64,000 nt of DNA, from NCBI RefSeq assembly GCF_009914755.1, contig NC_060940.1. One strand, given 5' to 3'. Below the pieces are notes generated by a model that was given only the letters and a program-made list of their open reading frames with translations, was not told where the DNA came from and did no database searches. Position numbers and translations under genes: made by a program. The DNA is from the human T2T-CHM13v2.0 reference genome, Homo sapiens. Of the stretch, positions 20,354 through 57,640 are shown in pieces. Each line of letters begins with the position of its first letter. The first letter of the stretch is position 1.

Positions 20354-22627
20354 ATGGCGTTCCTGGCCGGGCCGCGCCTGCTGGACTGGGCCAGCTCGCC
20401 GCCGCACCTGCAGTTCAATAAGTTCGTGCTGACCGGGTACCGGCCCGCCAGCAGCGGCTCGGGCTGCCTGCGCAGCCTCTTCTACCTGCACAACGAACTG
20501 GGCAACATCTACACGCACGGTGAGCCGCGTCCCGCAACGCGCTTCCCACACCCCCGGCCGCCCTACCTGCGTTGGGCCGGGGGCACTGAGGCCGAGGAGG
20601 GCCCCAGCGCCCAAGTCCAGGGCTGCCCCGGCCCTGGCACCGCCAGTAGCCGCGGTGACAAAGCTGCCATTGTCCCGGGCCGCGCTGCCAGCTTCCGTTT
20701 TCCCGGCGGGTGGGGGCCGGGTCAGGAGAGGGGAGCAGAGTAGGGTCTGAGCCTGCTTAATCCCTCTGAGCCCCAGGGGTAGGGAGCATGGTGTCCGGCC
20801 TCTGTAATCCCAGCGCCCTGGGAACCCCCTCCCGCCAGCACCCAGCCGGGAGATGGTGTTGACTGCGATGAGGAGGGCCCGGGAGGAGCCTCCCAGCGCC
20901 GCCGTCCTGACGCCCCCGCCCCAAGCCGCTCTGTCTTGGGGCTCCGCCTGGTGGCGGCTCCTTCTTCCCCCAACAGGCGTCCGGCCCCTCCTCCGCGCCC
21001 CGCGGAGCTCTGCTGACACAGCCCTGCCCGTCCTTGAGCTGCCCCAGGCGGGCAAGGGGCCCTGAGCGGCCTGGCCCAGCCTGGGTGCCTTTCCCGAGCT
21101 TTTGCCAGGCCACATTCTCACAAGGGTGGGCAGCCTTCGGAGCCCCGTTTGGCCCCTGGGAGGCCAGTACTAGAGGCCGGCAGGGAGGGGTGGAGACCTC
21201 CCAGAAAGGGCTAGGCTGGAATCAAACTCCCCAGGGAGAGGTCTGGGGAGATGGGACAAGCCCCTCGAAGCCCCCTTCCCTTCATTCTGGACTTGTCTTC
21301 CCCCACCTGGCCTCACCCCTTTATAGAAGATAAAAAGGCCCAGTGCCTCCATTTGTCTGGACACTTATGGAGAGGGGAGGACTTGGGTTGGGAAGAGCAA
21401 GCCAAGTGGCCCCGGGCTGGCATCACTGCTCATGTGTCCTCTTCACAACTCAACTTGAGGTTTCGCTGCCTTAGCCTTCTCCTGTGACCTGCTTGTATGG
21501 GGAGAGCAGTGTGGGAGTGGGACGGCCTAGGCCTGTCCTCTGCCATTGCTTACCTGCTGGGCTCACCCGGGGCCGGTCACTCAGCCCCTCCAAGTCTGTT
21601 TCCTCACCTGCAAAGTGGGGATCATGGTCTCTACTTCCCAGACCATCCTGAGCCATGATAAGTAACCAGTGCCAAAAGCCTTTTGCCCAGGGCCTGTCTC
21701 TGGCCAAGGCCAGGCCGCCAACTGGATGACAGCATTACCTGGACCTGTCTTGCCCTGTCCTGTGTTGTGTCTGAACCGTGGTCCCCTTGAGGATGTGACT
21801 GAAACTATCTGGTAGATGACTGTCTCCCTCCCTAGGGCTGGCCCTGCTGGGCTTCCTGGTGCTGGTGCCAATGACCATGCCCTGGGGTCAGCTGGGCAAG
21901 GATGGCTGGCTGGGAGGCACACATTGCGTGGCCTGCCTTGCACCCCCTGCAGGCTCCGTGCTCTATCACCTCTTTATGTGCCACCAAGGGGGCAGCGCTG
22001 TGTACGCCCGGCTCCTCGCCCTGGACATGTGTGGGGTCTGCCTTGTCAACACCCTTGGTGAGTCAGGGCCCAAGGGATGGGAGCTGGAGCCACCGGCGGG
22101 AGAGGCATGGGGCACGCATACAAGCCATGGGTAGGGAAGGGCGGGTGGACCCTCACAATGACATGCCCTCTCCTGTTCTCTCCTCTTGTGCAGGGGCCCT
22201 GCCCATCATCCACTGCACCCTGGCCTGCAGGCCCTGGCTGCGCCCGGCTGCCCTGGTGGGCTACACTGTGTTGTCGGGTGTGGCCGGCTGGCGTGCTCTC
22301 ACCGCCCCCTCCACCAGTGCTCGGCTCCGGGCATTTGGATGGCAGGCTGCTGCCCGCCTACTGGTATTTGGGGCCCGGGGAGTGGGTCTGGGTTCAGGGG
22401 CTCCAGGCTCCCTGCCCTGCTACCTGCGCATGGACGCACTGGCGCTGCTTGGGGGACTGGTAAATGTAGCCCGTCTGCCCGAGCGCTGGGGACCTGGCCG
22501 CTTTGACTACTGGGGCAACTCCCACCAGATCATGCACCTGCTGAGCGTGGGCTCCATCCTGCAGCTGCACGCCGGCGTCGTGCCCGACCTGCTCTGGGCT
22601 GCCCACCACGCCTGTCCCCGGGACTGA
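20354..22627 (+). CDS. PAQR4: Progestin and adipoQ receptor family member 4, 273 aa
   Basis: Exons 20354-20519, 21836-22057, 22194-22627 (822 nt). PAQR motifs GYRP, HNELGNIYTH, PERWGPGRFD and SHQIMH. Confidence 0.97.
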
Positions 22628-23513
22628 GCTGCCATGCCAGCCTGCCCACAGCAGCCTCCTAGAGTTAGCAACACCAGGTGTTCCTCCCAACTCGTCTGCA
22701 AGGGGCTGGCTCCTTGGATGCTTCCAGCTCATGAGATGTCTCAGCAGGAGCCCTGTTCACCCGTTCTTCCCTGTGGACTGACCTCTTCCACCCACGCCGT
22801 GGCGCTCCAACTTCCTTCCCTGCCTTTTCCCTCCAAGCTCCTATTTTACTGTGTCAGCTGGAAGGAAACCTTTCCCTCTTGGGACCTCTTTACCCTCTGT
22901 GACCTGTGGGGTTAGACCAGAGAGGGACTCTGGGGTCACGTCTTGCTCTGAGAGTTCAAGTCCTGCCAGGCCGCCAGCCCAGAGCCTCCTCACCCTATCC
23001 TGTTCCTCCCACCAGGCCTGTGGCCAGTCTTCCTGATCTCCATCTTTCTGCCCTGCATACCAGCCCTCCCAGCAGCCACAAGCTTGCCCGCCCTGGCTCC
23101 CTCTGCCCAGAGACTATGGAGTAAGGCATTCAGGACAAAAGGACCAAGGGGGCGTGGACCCGTCTTGTACCAGCTGGCCACAGGCACAAGGGCTGCAGCT
23201 GCTTCTTCCAGGAAACTGACACAGGGAGCTCAGCGGCCTCAGATCCTGGGACCCCTGGGCCGTGCCTGCCCTCCACCTTGAGTGCCATACTCCCAACAGC
23301 TCCAGGTACCCACCGGGGGATGTGCCTGCTCAGGAAACCTCTTTGCTCCACACAGCATGGGGCTTCAGCTGCTGGCCCAAGGCCAGGAGCGCTGGGTTCT
23401 GCAGCAGGGCTCAGCCTCAGGGGCGTTAAGACCCTGGATGACATCAATAAAGGGACAGGAAGGGCCATGTTGCCACATGAGCAAGCTTGGGTGCTCCCAA
23501 GGTTCAAATACTT

Positions 23514-23519
23514 TTTATT
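23514..23519 (-). terminator. PKMYT1 poly(A) signal AATAAA
   Basis: tttatt on the + strand, about 110 nt past the PKMYT1 stop. Confidence 0.8.
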
Positions 23520-23631
23520 AGACACGGCCAGGCAGAGAAGACCATGGGAGTTCCCGAGGGGCCCCAGCTTTCAAGGGCGACGGGAGAGACACAGGATAAA
23601 AGGTTAAAAGTGCAGAGGCAGAGTCTGGGGC

Positions 23632-30336
<6,705 letters not shown>

Positions 30337-30449
30337 GACTGGCCTGGCCCAACAGCCTCAGTGGTGGGACGGGGGAGGCAGGAGCAGGGGCTCCCACGTG
30401 AATCCAGGGTGTCCCTGAGCTAAGGCCAGGCGGGGGTGACCTCCGCAGC

Positions 30450-31650
30450 TTCCGGGGCCCTGGGCGATCGGGCCGTCTCGCCTCACCCTCTCACCAGGCC
30501 CGACACATCTGCTGGCCACCTTTCCCGGTAGACGGTAAGTTCCTCCCAGGCAGGGCCGCGGCTGACTTCACTCCGTGGGTGTGGGGAAGCCCTGGCGAAC
30601 AGAGCAGTGGACGGGCTGTCACGAGGGAAGAGGGGCTGTTGCAGAAGAAGAGAGGCTGTCCCGGGGCAGGGGCTGTCACGGAGGAAGGACTGTCACGGGG
30701 AGGGCGGCGGCGCGGGGTTGATGGACAGCAGGCGGGGTCTCCGGGAGGGGCGAGTAGGGCGGGACCGCCGCTGGGAAGGGGCTCGAGGCAAGGGAACCAG
30801 GAATTGGGGAGGACGGGAGGCAGGGGCTCGCGGGGGCGGGCCTGAGGGGACGCGAGCGGGCCGCCGGGGAGGCCTGAGGGGCAGGGGTAACGCAGACCTG
30901 GCGAGGCGGAGGGGAGCGGCGAGGTGGCCACGCCGAGGCCCCTCACGGCGGGGTCTGGGCTCACCTGGGGCGACTGGGCGGGGCGCGGGTCCGCGAGGGC
31001 CCAGATTCCGGGTCCGCGGAGGCCACGGGACCCCTCGGGTGGCTCAGCGGGCCGGAGTCTGCCGTCGACTGTTCCGGACGCCCGGGCGGAGGACTCCCGT
31101 GAGGGGGAACGGCCCGTGAACGCGCGCGGAGCTGCTCGCGCCAAAAATTCCAAACCGGCCTCGAGGCTCCTCCCCCTCCCCAGTGCAGCCCGTCAGGGGT
31201 GCCCGGGCTCCGAGGCTCCGCCCCTCGTGCTGCGTGCGCGCCGCCGAGCCGCCCCGCCGCTCACTGCGCAGGCGCACAGGATTCTCCGCGCTGGCCCGGG
31301 GCGTGGGTGGCGGCCTGGTTCTGAGTCGCTGCGCGGGGCTTCAGCCGCCCAGTCCCTGGGACGCCCACTGCCCTCCAGGCCTCGCACCCGACACCCACCG
31401 CCCTCGCTGGGCTGGCGTAGTGTTTGGGTCCATAAAAGGGACCGCCATCCCGGTGCTCGGAGCAGGCGTAGCCCCAGGGTTACTCCGGGTAGGACCAGGA
31501 AGTCCCTACGGCCTCCTGGGTCCCGGCACCCCCCTTCTCACTCCGGCCGTGTTCTGAACCAGGGTCGCGGTGGGAGGCCAGACGCACGACCCCCAACCCC
31601 TAGCGCACGGCTTCGGGAGCCAGAAAAAGCCGCCTCTTCCAGGAAGCTCT
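30450..31650 (-). promoter_or_regulatory. PKMYT1 CpG island, non-coding exon 1 (donor at 30964) and E2F site TTTGGCGCG at 31137-31145
   Basis: CpG-rich; minus-strand CAG|GTGAG donor; exon 2 acceptor at 30592-30593; consensus E2F element fits a cell-cycle gene. Confidence 0.75.
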
Positions 31651-33227
31651 CCAGATAGGCAGGACTCTGCTTGGCCTGACCTCGCCTGCCTGCAGCTTCC
31701 CTGCCAACAGGCCTCAGATACTTTTTTTTTTTTTTTTAGACAGGGTCTCACTGTCACCAAGGCTGGAATGCAGTGGTGCAGTCCCCAGGTTCAGGCGGTT
31801 CTCCCAACCTCAGCCTGCCGAGTATGTGAGATCACAGGCGCGCGCCACCGCACTCGGCTCATGTATTTTATTTTTAGACAGGGTCTCATTCTGTTGTCCA
31901 GGCTGGAGTGCAGTGGGGCGATCTCGACTCACTGTAACTTCCGCCTCCCCCGCTCAAGCGTTCCTCCCACCTCAGCCTCCTGAGTAGCTGGGACCACAGG
32001 CGCGCGCCACCACACCCAACTAATTTTTGCATTTTTTTGTAGAGACGGTGTTTTACCATGTTGGCCAAGCTAGTGTCGAACTTCTGACCTCAAGCGATCC
32101 GCCCGCCTCGGCCTCCCAGAAGGCTGGGATTACAGGCGTGAGCCACCGCGATTGGCCGCAGGATCATAGTTCACTGCAGCCTCGAGCAGCCACTTCCGGG
32201 GCAGCTCCTCCATTCTCTGAGTTTGAGACTTGCTCTCAGCTCAGATCCCTTCAGCGCTCTCCTGGCTGAACGACCTTGGGAATGCACTGAGCCTTTCTGA
32301 GCTTCGGATTAGTCTCCTCTCCTGGAAAAAAAAAAACAGCTGAGGACGCTGGGATGATCCCCTAAAGTGATTAGCAGGGGCCCTCGCGGAGCAAGTCGGG
32401 CTAGGGATTGTTCCTTCCCTCACCGAGGGGCTCTTTATCTGTTTAACTGGGTGGGAGGAGTACGCTTCCGGCCAACCCTCCCCCAAACGCTGGCCTTCTC
32501 ACTCTCACCTCTCCTTCCGCCTTATTTTTGCTATTGCCCTGATCTCTGTCCGATGTTCTATCTTTTGTTTGTGAGTTTACTTGTTGACTACCTGCTCCTT
32601 CTAGCCCTGGCCTCCAGAACCAGTCCCCCAAACCCTCCATCCTCCCCAAGTCTCTGACAGGTCATGGACTGCAAAGCTTCCCACCCATTCAGTTCCTGCA
32701 CCCTCTGTAAACGTTCTGTGCATGGAGCAGCAGTGTGGGGGAGGAGAGGCTGGGATCCTGGCTGGGGGCGGCAGCCCACCTGCCTGCACCTTTCCTTGTC
32801 CTTCGCATCTCTGGCGGCTGTGCCCCAGTGACTCAGGCAGGATCCTTGTTGATGACTCCAGACTGGCCCCCAGGAGGCCTGGGGCACACACAGGCCCCTC
32901 CCCAGCTGCCTAGGGCTACCTCTGCCAGCCCCATCTCCCCAACAGGTCCCCTTCCAACCGCCCATTTTTTAAAGTCTGATTCACAATGATAATTAAAAAA
33001 AAAAAAAAAAAAGCATGGAAACACATGCTTCCGATGTAAATTTCACTGTGTGAGGAAAGGCTGTAATATAAATATATGTAAATGGAAATAAGTAGATGGA
33101 GCAGATAAGTGCGTGGTGTGAGGGAAACTAGGGCTGCGATCCTGCCTGCCCCAGTTTCTGCGTGTGTAAAATGGGGATAAAAATAATAGTTTTCTAGACT
33201 AGGCAACATAGCAAGGCCCTGTCTCAA

Positions 33228-33345
33228 GAAAGAAAAAAGAAAGAAAAGGAAGGGAAGAAAGGGAAAGAAAAAGAGAAAGAAAGAAAGGAAAGGAAAGGAA
33301 GGAAGGAAAGAAAGGGAGAGAAAAAAAGAAAAGAAAGAAGAAATA
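33228..33345. repeat. GA-rich low-complexity tract
   Basis: (GAAA)/(GGAA) repeats within an Alu linker. Confidence 0.85.
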
Positions 33346-33412
33346 AAGCAGTGAGGCACAGTGGTACACACCTGTAGTCCCAGCTCCTCAGGAGGCTGGA
33401 GTAGGAGGATCA

Positions 33413-33863
<451 letters not shown>

Positions 33864-34091
33864 TTAGCACAGAGCCGAACACACAGTAGGGGCTTACTCA
33901 TTGTTTCAGAATAACAGGCTGGGCGAGGTGGTCACGCCTGTAATCCCAGCAATTTGGCAGGCTGAGGCGGGCAGGTCACTTGAGCTCAGAAGTTAGAGAC
34001 CAGCCTGGGCAATATGGCAAAACCCTGTCTCTACAAAACATTCAAAAATTAGCTGGGCATGGTGGTGTGTACCTGTGCTCCCAGCTAGTCA

Positions 34092-34289
<198 letters not shown>

Positions 34290-34364
34290 TCAACGCTGCA
34301 GTCTGGGCCAAAAAGAGGCCCCAGGAGGAAAGAAGCCCGGACTCCTCTAACCACCTTGGGGTCA

Positions 34365-34883
<519 letters not shown>

Positions 34884-35102
34884 TCAAAAGAAAAAAAGCG
34901 AGGGAATGACGACCACAAGTGCAAACGTGGCTATCCTAATGGGAGGAAGGGGACTGTGATGGGTGCTTCTGCGGAACTGGCTATGTTCTACTTCTTGACC
35001 CAGGTGCTGGGTGCATAGGGGTTTGTCTCATAAGTACGATAGCTGCACGGCACATTCACATCTCATGTGTGCTAATCTTTGCATGCTATGTTTCACACTT
35101 GA

Positions 35103-35222
<120 letters not shown>

Positions 35223-35795
35223 TAAGCGATTCTCCGGCCTCAGCCTCCCGAGTAGCTGGGATTACAGGCGCACACCACTATGCCCAGCTGATTTTTTTAT
35301 TTTTAGTAGAGACAGAGTTTCACCACGTTGGCCAGGATGGTCTCAATCGCTTGACCTGGTGATCCACCCGCCTCGGCCTCCCAAAGTGCTGGGATTACAG
35401 GCGTGAGCCACCGCGCCCAGCCTGTGTTTTGATTATTTTTGAGACAGGGTCTCACTCTGTTGCCCAGGCAATAGTATGATCACGATTCACTGCAGCCTCA
35501 ACCTCCCAAGCTCAAGTGATTCTCCCACCTCAGCCTCCCAAGTAGCTGGAACCACGGGGGTGCACCACCCAACCCTGGCTAATTTTTAATTTCTTGTAGA
35601 GACGGGGGTCTCATTATGTTGCCCAGGCTGGTCTCGAGCTCCTGGGCTCAAACAATCCTCCTGCCTCGGCCTCCTGAAGTACTGGAATTATAGGCATGAG
35701 CACTGTGCCTGGCCACACTTGCATAAGGCTTTTATTTTTCTGACACTACACCAAAGGAATTGCATAAGGTTTGGTTTTGTTTTGTTTTGTTTTAA

Positions 35796-35954
<159 letters not shown>

Positions 35955-38805
35955 TAGTAGAGACAGGGTTTCTCCATGTGGTCAGGCTGGTCTTGAACTA
36001 CCGGCCTCAGGTGATCACCCCACCTCGGCCTCCCAACGTGCTGGGATTACAGGCATGAGCCACTGCACCAGGCCTGCATAACGTTTTAACAAACTGGCAG
36101 ATGGGTGGGGAGAAGGAGTTTGTAGAGGTCACCTTTGCTGGTGTGAGTTGCCTTGGGATGCCTAGGAAGGTATACTGGAGGCTCCGATGCTTGGGTTTGG
36201 GCTGAAGAGCTGCCCAAACAGAGTGGCCTGCAGGACGCTCAGCACAGCTGCGAGTGTAGAAGCTGTCCGCCCGGCTGGCGCCTGGCCACCGCTCCAGCTG
36301 TCCTCCCCAAATTCCTGCCCTCACGGGTGCCACTGGTGTCAAGCAGCTGGCAGGGAGTCTCTTGCCATTTTAGGCAATGCACTTCCTGGGCCTGGGTCCA
36401 GCACTTCCAACACCCCTGCTCTCACCCTGCCCTTGGCCCTCAGCCCTAGCCCCTCATAGCTGCTGCTCTGTTCCGAGGCTGTGCTGTGTCCCCTCAGGCC
36501 AGGGTGCCTGGGAGCAAAGGGTAGCCCAGGTCAAGACTCCATCAGGGGCTCTCCCAGCCCACACACAGTCTCTGTGCTGTCAGGCAGGCCCTGCCTGGGT
36601 GGGTCTGGGGGTGAGCAGAGAGGACTGGCTGTGCTGGGAGTCGGAGTGGCGGCATTGCAGGGGCTGGGACACCCGACTGGGTCCAGCCTGGTCCTGAGTG
36701 GCTGTCAGGCTGGCCCGAGGCCCTGGGCTGGCTGGCATTTTCCAAGGTCATGCCAGCACCAGGCAGCCTGGCAGTGGTAGCGGGCACTGGTGTTCCCTCT
36801 GGCAGTGGCCAAGCAGGCGCCCATCCGTTACCTCCCACAGGGCGTCTCCTGGTTTCCCGCCTGCCTCCTCTTGGGCTACGCTTTCCCAGCGCCCTGCAGG
36901 GCAAGCCATGTGTCTGTGTAGGAGCTCTCAGCCGGCCCAGGTCTGAAGCAGACACCTCGTCCCATCTGGCATAACTGGGCCTACTGCCCGCCTGTAAGCA
37001 TGTAAGGTGCTTGAGAGCAGGGACAGCAGACGTGGGGACTGCCAGACTGCTGGGGTTCAGATCTCAGCCCCACTGCTCCAGAGTTGCACAATCTGAGCCA
37101 AGTCCCTTCCCCCTGCCTTTGTTTCCCCATCTGCAAACGAGGATAAGCAGCAGTTCCTCCCAGTAGCCCCAACACAGAGTTGCTCTTCTTGTCATTTTAG
37201 GGGAGAGTGAACACACTCGGGAAGGCCCCGAACCAGATGGAGTGGGTGTTTGCACCCTGTGTGAATCCAGCACCCAGCTGCTAGCCCCGGGGCTACTCGG
37301 CTGCCCTCCGTGAATACACGGGGGACATGCGCCTGCTGCCATGGGCGGGGCAGGTGGCCTGGCAGGAAAGCCCTCTCCAGGAGTCTGAATGGACCGTCCC
37401 AGCTACCCTGGGCACTCATAGGATGGATGGGGCCAGGGAGCATCCCTGAGCCCCTGTCAGCAGCCCATGAAGGTCCAGCCTCGGGGACCCCAACTCATGG
37501 CTGTCTGCCAGGCAGGACGGTGGGGGGGCGGTTCAGGGCACTGTTCTGAGGCGCTGGGCTGAGGGGGCCTGCCGTGAGCAGACAGTCCTCGTGCACAGGT
37601 GGGTCTGTGGTTGGGAGGTGGGCACCGCAGGCATCGTGGTGTGCCTGTGGGTGTGAGCCCTGGGGATGGCTTCATGTGTGGGCAGAGCAGCAGTGGGGCA
37701 CAGCCTACGATGTGGGTGAGAGGGGAGGCAGAGAGGGAGGGGGCACAGGGACCTCAGTGCTGGGCTGGCCTATGAGTGAGGGTACCTGGTGGTAATTAAC
37801 CCTGTAGTCTATTGGCGGCTGGACCTGGCCGCAGAGGTGTGGGCTCAGTAGCCTCTCTCGGAGAAGCCCCTGCTGCCCCTTCCTCATTATAGCCCTTCTG
37901 CAGACCCCCAGCCTAGCTGGGCTGACTGGCTTGGCAGGCTGGACTCCTTAGCCAGAGGTACCAGGAGGGGCTGGCTGGGCCAGGGACAGGCCAGCAGACA
38001 GACAGGGTGTGGGGCCTTCTGGACCAGGGTGCAGGGGCTAGGGGTTGAGTCACTGCCGTCCCCAGCCAGCCTGGTGGGGTCTGCAGGCTCATTGGGGCGT
38101 GATGCCTGTTGTCCAGACCCCCATGCCCAGTGCCTCCCTGCCAGGCCCCCAGCACAGGGCCCCGGCTCCAAGTCCATCCACCCAGCCCCAGGCATGGAGA
38201 GCTGCTCGCAGCCCCCCACGTCCTCTCCTCAGCCTCTCCTGCGGTCCTGCCCCCCAACACTGTGTGGTGGCTCCCCTAGTCTGTGACCCAAAGTTAGAGT
38301 CACTGCTGGGGCAAGAGACGAGGCAGAGCTGGAAGGCCTCCGCGGACTCTCAGAGAGGCTGGGCACAGCTGGCCCGTCCTCCTGTGTCCCTGCCCCTCAT
38401 GGAAGGAGGAGGGAGGAGGAAGGGGTGGCTCTGAAGTTGGGGGCTCTGGCCCACTCTGGCAGGCTGAGCCTCCATGAGGACAAAGGGCCCCCTGGTGGGG
38501 TCTGTGTGGTCTCAGGACTAGACGGGATGACACCTGGCTTTTGTTGGGAACACCACCCGCCTGTCAGACAGGGTCTGAGATGCTGTCACCCCCACCCCTG
38601 CTGTCTGCAACACTCCAAAGCCCTGGTTCCCGCCCTCTCCCCAGCTGTGTTTGGGCTGGGCCTAGGGTGCCTGCCTGCCCCTTGCTGGGGGGACATCTGA
38701 GCCCTCTGGGCCTGGCGCCAGGGCCTGAGTCGCTGACAGGGGCGGAGAAGTCTAGGGGGCCTGTCCTGCTGTCAGCGCCCATGATGGATGAGGGGCCAGA
38801 GCTAG

Positions 38806-52266
<13,461 letters not shown>

Positions 52267-52670
52267 GCACTGCAATGCCCCTCGCCTGCCCAGCAAGGAA
52301 GACAGACCCTTGGGCTTGGCCTCTGGTGCTGCCTGGCCGGGGGTCTCCTCCATGCTAGAACCACAAACGTGCTTCCCTGCTTGCCTCCGCGTGCCATGCA
52401 AGGGGCTTGCTGACCAGGGTGGGAGTGGCATGGGCCTGCAGCCACCACCCAGCACCTCATTCATTCATTTGGCAAACATCAATGAGGCCATGTGCCAGGG
52501 ACCATGTTCCCAACAGGAGAAATCATGAGAAGAAAACAGACTCGATCAACGCCTGCCCTCAGGGAGGGCATCACTTGGTGACCGCCTAGCGGGGGAACCA
52601 CATCCAAGTTAGGGGCCTTGTGCATGGAAAAGAACACTTCATTCTTTGTGTTTTCATTTATAATCGATTT

Positions 52671-52676
52671 ATTAAA
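52671..52676 (+). terminator. Probable GREP1 poly(A) signal ATTAAA
   Basis: Variant hexamer about 400 nt after the stop, followed by T-rich sequence. Confidence 0.5.
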
Positions 52677-52813
52677 GTTGTTAGATAAAAATCTCATTTT
52701 CCTTAAGCTTTTATAGTGGCCTTCCAGATATTGTATTGACTAATAATTTGGATGTAAAACTCACTTTCACAATCTTTGATGAATGCTTAATTAGTTTATA
52801 AATTTCACAGCTC

Positions 52814-54499
<1,686 letters not shown>

Positions 54500-54500
<1 letters not shown>

Positions 54501-55620
54501 TTGGTGAGGCGCCGCGCCTCGGTGTCGCAGCGAATCCGCAGATCCTCAAGCCAGGTGGGGGCGCCCACTGCGCGTGTGCAGCGCCTGATATCCAGGCTAG
54601 CTGAGGGCGGGGAGCAGCTGCGGCACCTGGGACACAGCGATTGGCTGGGACCAGGAGAGGGCGGGAAGAAGAACTTGGCGGAGCGCGCTGATATCTCTGA
54701 TTGGCTGCCAAGGGTAGCCCTTGACAGCTGCCGGGTGGGACCCGTAGACCGCGAGCGCACTGGCCCCTGATTGGTTGGGGTGCGGCGGCGAGCATCTGCG
54801 ATTGGCTGGGCCGCTCGGAGTGCGGCGCTTGGCCACCTCCCGAGGTACCAGGTCACGGCTGGCGGCGCGCTCTGGGGCCCTGGGCTGGCGGCCGCAACCG
54901 GGGTGGCGGCCGCAGCCAAGCTGGCGGCGCGGCTGCCCCGCTCCAGCTCGCACCCGCGGCTCGCCCGCGCCCGCGCCCACTCGCGATTGGGCCGGGCCCG
55001 CTCGACGCTGCCGCCCACCCCGCTGCCCCCGCCGTCCCTGCCGCACCCGCCGTTGCCCGGCCTGCCGCCCGGCCTGAGCCCCGGGCCGCCGCCGCCCTCC
55101 GCTCTCGCCCTGGCCGAGCTGCCACCGCTGCCCGCGCTCCCGCTGCGGCCCGAGCCGCTGGCGCCCTGGGGCCCCGGCGCGCATCTGGCACTGCCCGAGC
55201 TGCCGCCCGAAGCCTGCTCACCCGCGCTCCCCGCCGCCGTGCTCGCACTGCAGGACCTGCCGCGCCTGCCCGCGCCCGCGCCGCCGCCCGCGCACCTGCC
55301 GCTGCCTCCGCTGCCCGAGGCCGCCGTCGCCGCAGCCCCCGGGCCCGTGGGCGCGCGCGGCCGCCCGCCCCTGGTCTCCGAGCCGCCCCCGCATCCGCTG
55401 CCGCCGCTGCCCGCGCGACCCTCTCCCTTCAGCCTGCTGGCGGCCCCCGAGACCCGCGACCCATGGCCGCTGTCCGCCTTTCCCCCGCCCCCGCCCGTGC
55501 CCCCGCCCCCGCATTTCTTCCTGTCGCCGCCCTGCTGACCTGGCCCCTCCCGCGGCGGGTGAGTAGGCAGCCCCCGACAGGGCCAGTGCCCGTAGCCACC
55601 TTCCCCGGGCATGGATTCAG
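54500..55620. promoter_or_regulatory. Orphan CpG island with clustered CCAAT boxes and a strong splice donor
   Basis: ATTGG at 54640, 54700, 54770, 54801 and 54986; GC boxes; + strand donor GTGAGT at 55559-55564. Confidence 0.7.
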
Positions 55621-55772
55621 AGGACGGGGGTTAGAGCCCAGTTTGGGGAAGAGAGAAGGAGAATCGGAAGCAGCTCAGGTTTGGTAGAGAAAGGAGCGAG
55701 TCTGAAAATAGACTTGTCTAAAGATTCGGGTCTTCCATTTTCCCCTGCTGCCCTCCAGCAGGCCTCTTGCTA

Positions 55773-56627
<855 letters not shown>

Positions 56628-57040
56628 TTTGAAAAGTCTTCAGAAGTCAAATTTTCAACTGAAACAGATCCAGGGGTCGGGCTGGCTGTGCGCACCAGGG
56701 AAGCAGTGGTGGGGATCGATACTGGACCCAAGGGTCACATGCAAGGGCTGTGAAGTCATCCCCATGGGACAGGAGAGCTTCCCCCACCCCCACCCGGGCT
56801 GGGCCCTGAGAGGAAGCTCCTGTTCTCTCCAGCTTTGCCTGCACCCCACCTGCCAGTTTCTGTGCAGCCTCTACAACTTAATAAAGTTCTCTTTGTTCCC
56901 TAGGTGGCCTGAGCTCAGGTAATCAGGCGAAAATTCTTTCTCAGTGGGCTCTTCTCCAGCAGCCTAGGACTGGTATCAGAAAGCCAACCTTGACCCTGGG
57001 GGACCTCGGAGAGCCCGGGACCCACCACCAAGAAGGGCAG

Positions 57041-57640
57041 TGTACTAGTTCTTTGTGACTGCAGTAAAAATTTTATTTTTTAATTTTTTTTATTTTTGGT
57101 AGAGATGCGGTTTCACCATGTTAGCCAGGATGGTCTCGATCTCCAGACCTCGTGATCTTCCCGCCTCGGCCTCCCAAAGTGCTGGGATTACAGGCGTGAG
57201 CCACCGCGCCCGGCCTGACCGCAGTAGCAAATTTATACACACTGCGTGGCTTCAAACAACAGAAATTTATTCGTTACAATTCTGGAGGCCAAAAGTCAAA
57301 AATAAAGGTGTGGGCAGGACCCTGTTCCCTTCACAGGTGCTAGGGGAGGATCCCTCCTGCCTCTTCCAGCTCCTGGTGGCTCCAGGCCCTCTGTGGCTTG
57401 TGGCCGCATCACAGGAGTTCCTGCCTCCGTCTTCACATGGCCTTCTCCCCATGTCTGTCTCCAATCTCCCTGTTTTTATGTTGTAAGAGGTTGGATTGTC
57501 GTTGAAGGTAGGACCCGCCTGAAACCTAGGATAATCTCATTTTGATATCCTTAGTTTAATTACATGTGCAAAGGCCCTTTTATCAAGTGAGGTCACATTC
57601 ACAGATTCCAGGGCTTAGAGGGTGGAGGTATCATTTTGCG
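57041..57640 (-). mobile_element. MLT1 (MaLR) LTR with an inserted Alu fragment (57066-57216)
   Basis: MLT1 hallmark sequences aaacaacagaaatttatt...ttctggaggcc, cctgcctcttccagctcctggtggc and aggtcacattcacagattcca; gcagta duplicated around the Alu fragment. Confidence 0.8.
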
